Shown in pieces: positions 62,459 through 64,000 of a stretch of DNA of 64,000 nt. The stretch comes from an uncultured Verrucomicrobiae bacterium (GTDB lineage Bacteria; Verrucomicrobiota; Verrucomicrobiia; Chthoniobacterales; UBA10450). Each line of letters begins with the position of its first letter. Position 1 is the stretch's first letter. The stretch covers positions 1,664,001 to 1,728,000 of the forward strand of contig CAVYXA010000001.1 of NCBI GenBank assembly GCA_963772365.1, read 5' to 3'. The position numbers were made by a program, and so were the translations under genes. The notes beneath the pieces were generated by a model. That model did no database searches and had not been told where the DNA came from. It was given only the letters and a program-made list of their open reading frames with translations.

Positions 62459-62953
62459 ATGAGATCTCCCCGGTCAGCGATTGGGCTTATCGTGGCTGCA
62501 ATTCTATGCTTCGACATTGCGGCAATGGCTACGCCGGAAAAGCAGTATAACGTTCGATACCGGTTCCAAGTGACTGATCGGCCTGATCAGCAACGGTTCG
62601 TGTTGACTCTCAGATCCGCAGACAAGAGGCCCATCTGTATTTACCGCGACAATTGGCCAAATGGATTTGGCCAAGTCAATCTCGGCGCTATGCGAGTAAC
62701 CCTTAAATCGTCGGAGGGAGAAATACGTGCCCATGACACGAATTTTGGGTTTTGCGCAGGTGACGCAAGCTGCTACATCCGTATCTTGCCGGGGGGAACG
62801 TTGACCGGTTTTATCGGCTATGAGCAATTTGGTAAACCGAAGACAATTGCCAAACTCGCTCGCCGTGAATTGCGTTTCCGCGTCTCGCCTATTGTGTGCG
62901 AAAAATGGCCGCCACCGCCGCCGCGATTACCGCCCTACGCACGCGGCCGTTAA
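62459..62953 (+). CDS. Secreted hypothetical protein between element ends (possible cargo or immunity-like protein)
   Basis: 164-aa ORF with signal peptide and several Cys. Confidence 0.6.
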   Translation: MRSPRSAIGLIVAAILCFDIAAMATPEKQYNVRYRFQVTDRPDQQRFVLTLRSADKRPICIYRDNWPNGFGQVNLGAMRVTLKSSEGEIRAHDTNFGFCAGDASCYIRILPGGTLTGFIGYEQFGKPKTIAKLARRELRFRVSPIVCEKWPPPPPRLPPYARGR

Positions 62954-63022
62954 CGAGCGCCGGGGAGATAAGATAGAAGATAAAGATAGGGGTCAGAAGA
63001 TAAAGATAGGGGTATAAAGATA

Positions 63023-63185
63023 GGGGTCAGGCATCAATTCTTGACAAGCAGCACTGGGGTGGTAAAACTACCGGGCGAGTCTGGAACGGCAGGCGCACGA
63101 TGTCTCCAGAGCGGAGCAAGGCCTGCGAGCGGCCGGAATCACGCAACAAGAATTACCCAAGCTTTCCGGAGCCGACCTTCGGATG
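63023..63185 (+). mobile_element. Miniature element 2: left end plus an internal transposase fragment, no right end
   Basis: 23-bp end at 63023-63045; interior reads NYRASLERQAHDVSRAEQGLRAAGITQQELPKLSGADLR. Confidence 0.7.
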
Positions 63186-63293
63186 CCGGAATATTCCAAG
63201 CTCGACCAGCCATGACAATTCGGACGCTTGTTCTTACATGAAAACATATCGATTCCTTCGGATAGGGAAGATAGGATAGGGGTAGGGAAGATA

Positions 63294-63491
63294 GGGGTCA
63301 GGCATCAATTCTTGACAAGCAGCACTGGGGTGATAAAACTACCGGGCGAGTCTGGAACGGCAGGCGCACGATGAAGAGCGCAGCGAATATGAGCCAGCAG
63401 CTGCGTCGGCACCGGCCAAAATCGAAGCGATCGGATATCCCAGCTTCACTGCATAAATGGCTCTCTTCAGTCAAGAATTGATGCCTGACCC
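63294..63491 (+). mobile_element. Miniature element 3 with both inverted ends
   Basis: Left end 63294-63316, right end 63470-63491; left half is near-identical to element 2 and right half to element 1. Confidence 0.85.
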
Positions 63492-63556
63492 TACTCTTCC
63501 TACTCTTGACCCGTATTCTTTCTCTCCTAAGTTCGTTTCGACGAGCCGCCAAAACC

Positions 63557-63582
63557 AGCACGCGAGGGCGCGTGCGCTACCC
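63557..63582 (-). repeat. GTAG-type REP hairpin
   Basis: Minus strand reads GGGTAGCGCACGCGCCCTCGCGTGCT. Confidence 0.65.
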
Positions 63583-63846
63583 TAACGAACCGAATAGCAA
63601 TCCTAGGCCGTAGGTGACGACGGCGACGATGACGCCGATCCAGGTCATTTCCAGGCCGGAAGCCCACCAGGAGCGGATCGTGATTAGTGATTTTAAGGCG
63701 CCGACGGCAAAATGGGCGAGCAGACTAATCGCAAATGACTCGAGCACGGCGTCGAGTCCGCCGGAGAAAAAGAATGGAATGATCGGAACGAATGCACCGA
63801 TCGCGGTGGAAATTGCGGCCGAGAATGCTGACGTCCAATAATTCGG
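63577..63846 (-). pseudogene. VIT1/CCC1 family transporter, C-terminal 90 codons cut off by the element end
   Basis: Hand translation PNYWTSAFSAAISTAIGAFVPIIPFFF...HFAVGALKS..TIRSWWASGLEM...VTYGLG; absent from the ORF track. Confidence 0.75.
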
Positions 63847-63857
63847 AATAGAGAATA

Positions 63858-64000
63858 GGGGTCAGGCATCAATTCTTGACAGGATAGAGTTAGGGTAGTA
63901 GTGAAGGCGAGTGGCGCGCAGTATTCGAATCGAGTCTCCCGGTGCTTTCTATCACGTGATGGCGCGTGGGAATCGGCGGGAAGCGATTTTCCGGAGCGAG
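63858..64000 (+). mobile_element. Left end of a putative autonomous Y1/RAYT-like element (continues beyond the window)
   Basis: Same 23-bp end at 63858-63880, followed by the transposase start. Confidence 0.8.
63911..64000 (+). CDS. Y1 HUH tyrosine transposase (RAYT / IS200-like), N-terminus
   Basis: MARSIRIESPGAFYHVMARGNRREAIFRSE is typical of the Y1_Tnp N-terminus. Confidence 0.85.
   Translation, partial: MARSIRIESPGAFYHVMARGNRREAIFRSE

Noticed and set aside
62940..63600. Integron attC cassettes
   Set aside because: TAAC appears after the 62953 stop and near 63583, but I could not find paired RYYYAAC/GTTRRRY boxes or an integrase
62080..63880. CRISPR array made of the 23-bp repeat
   Set aside because: Copies occur in both orientations with irregular spacing of tens to hundreds of bp, they enclose transposase remnants, and no cas genes are in view

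Overview
This looks like core bacterial chromosome, most likely a soil Verrucomicrobiota (Chthoniobacterales / Ca. Udaeobacter-like). That assignment is inferred from gene content, the dockerin-like C-terminal module and the REP families, not from a marker gene. About 60 mostly housekeeping genes are recognisable, including exbD-tonB-exbD, birA, nadC, ubiX, folD, uvrC, a PBP2, mutS, pyk, a sigma-70 factor, comM, dcp, yajQ, hpt, thiG, polX, glgA, mntH/mntR and glpX. Genes between about 5.5 and 15 kb carry roughly 20 frameshifts, probably read or assembly errors. Several REP-like palindrome families are scattered through the window, and some copies sit in frame inside proteins (MutS, PolX, Hpt, ComM, HMG-CoA lyase). 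The most striking region is the last 2.8 kb. It holds the start of a Y1/HUH (RAYT-like) transposase and three internally deleted miniature copies of the same element. All are bounded by a 23-bp hairpin end (GGGGTCAGGCATCAATTCTTGAC), each end is flanked by a different stuttered purine-rich tract, and the elements alternate with cargo (an Rhs fragment, a secreted protein, a VIT1 fragment). No rRNA, tRNA or CRISPR array was seen. All family assignments come from motif recognition; no database search was run.
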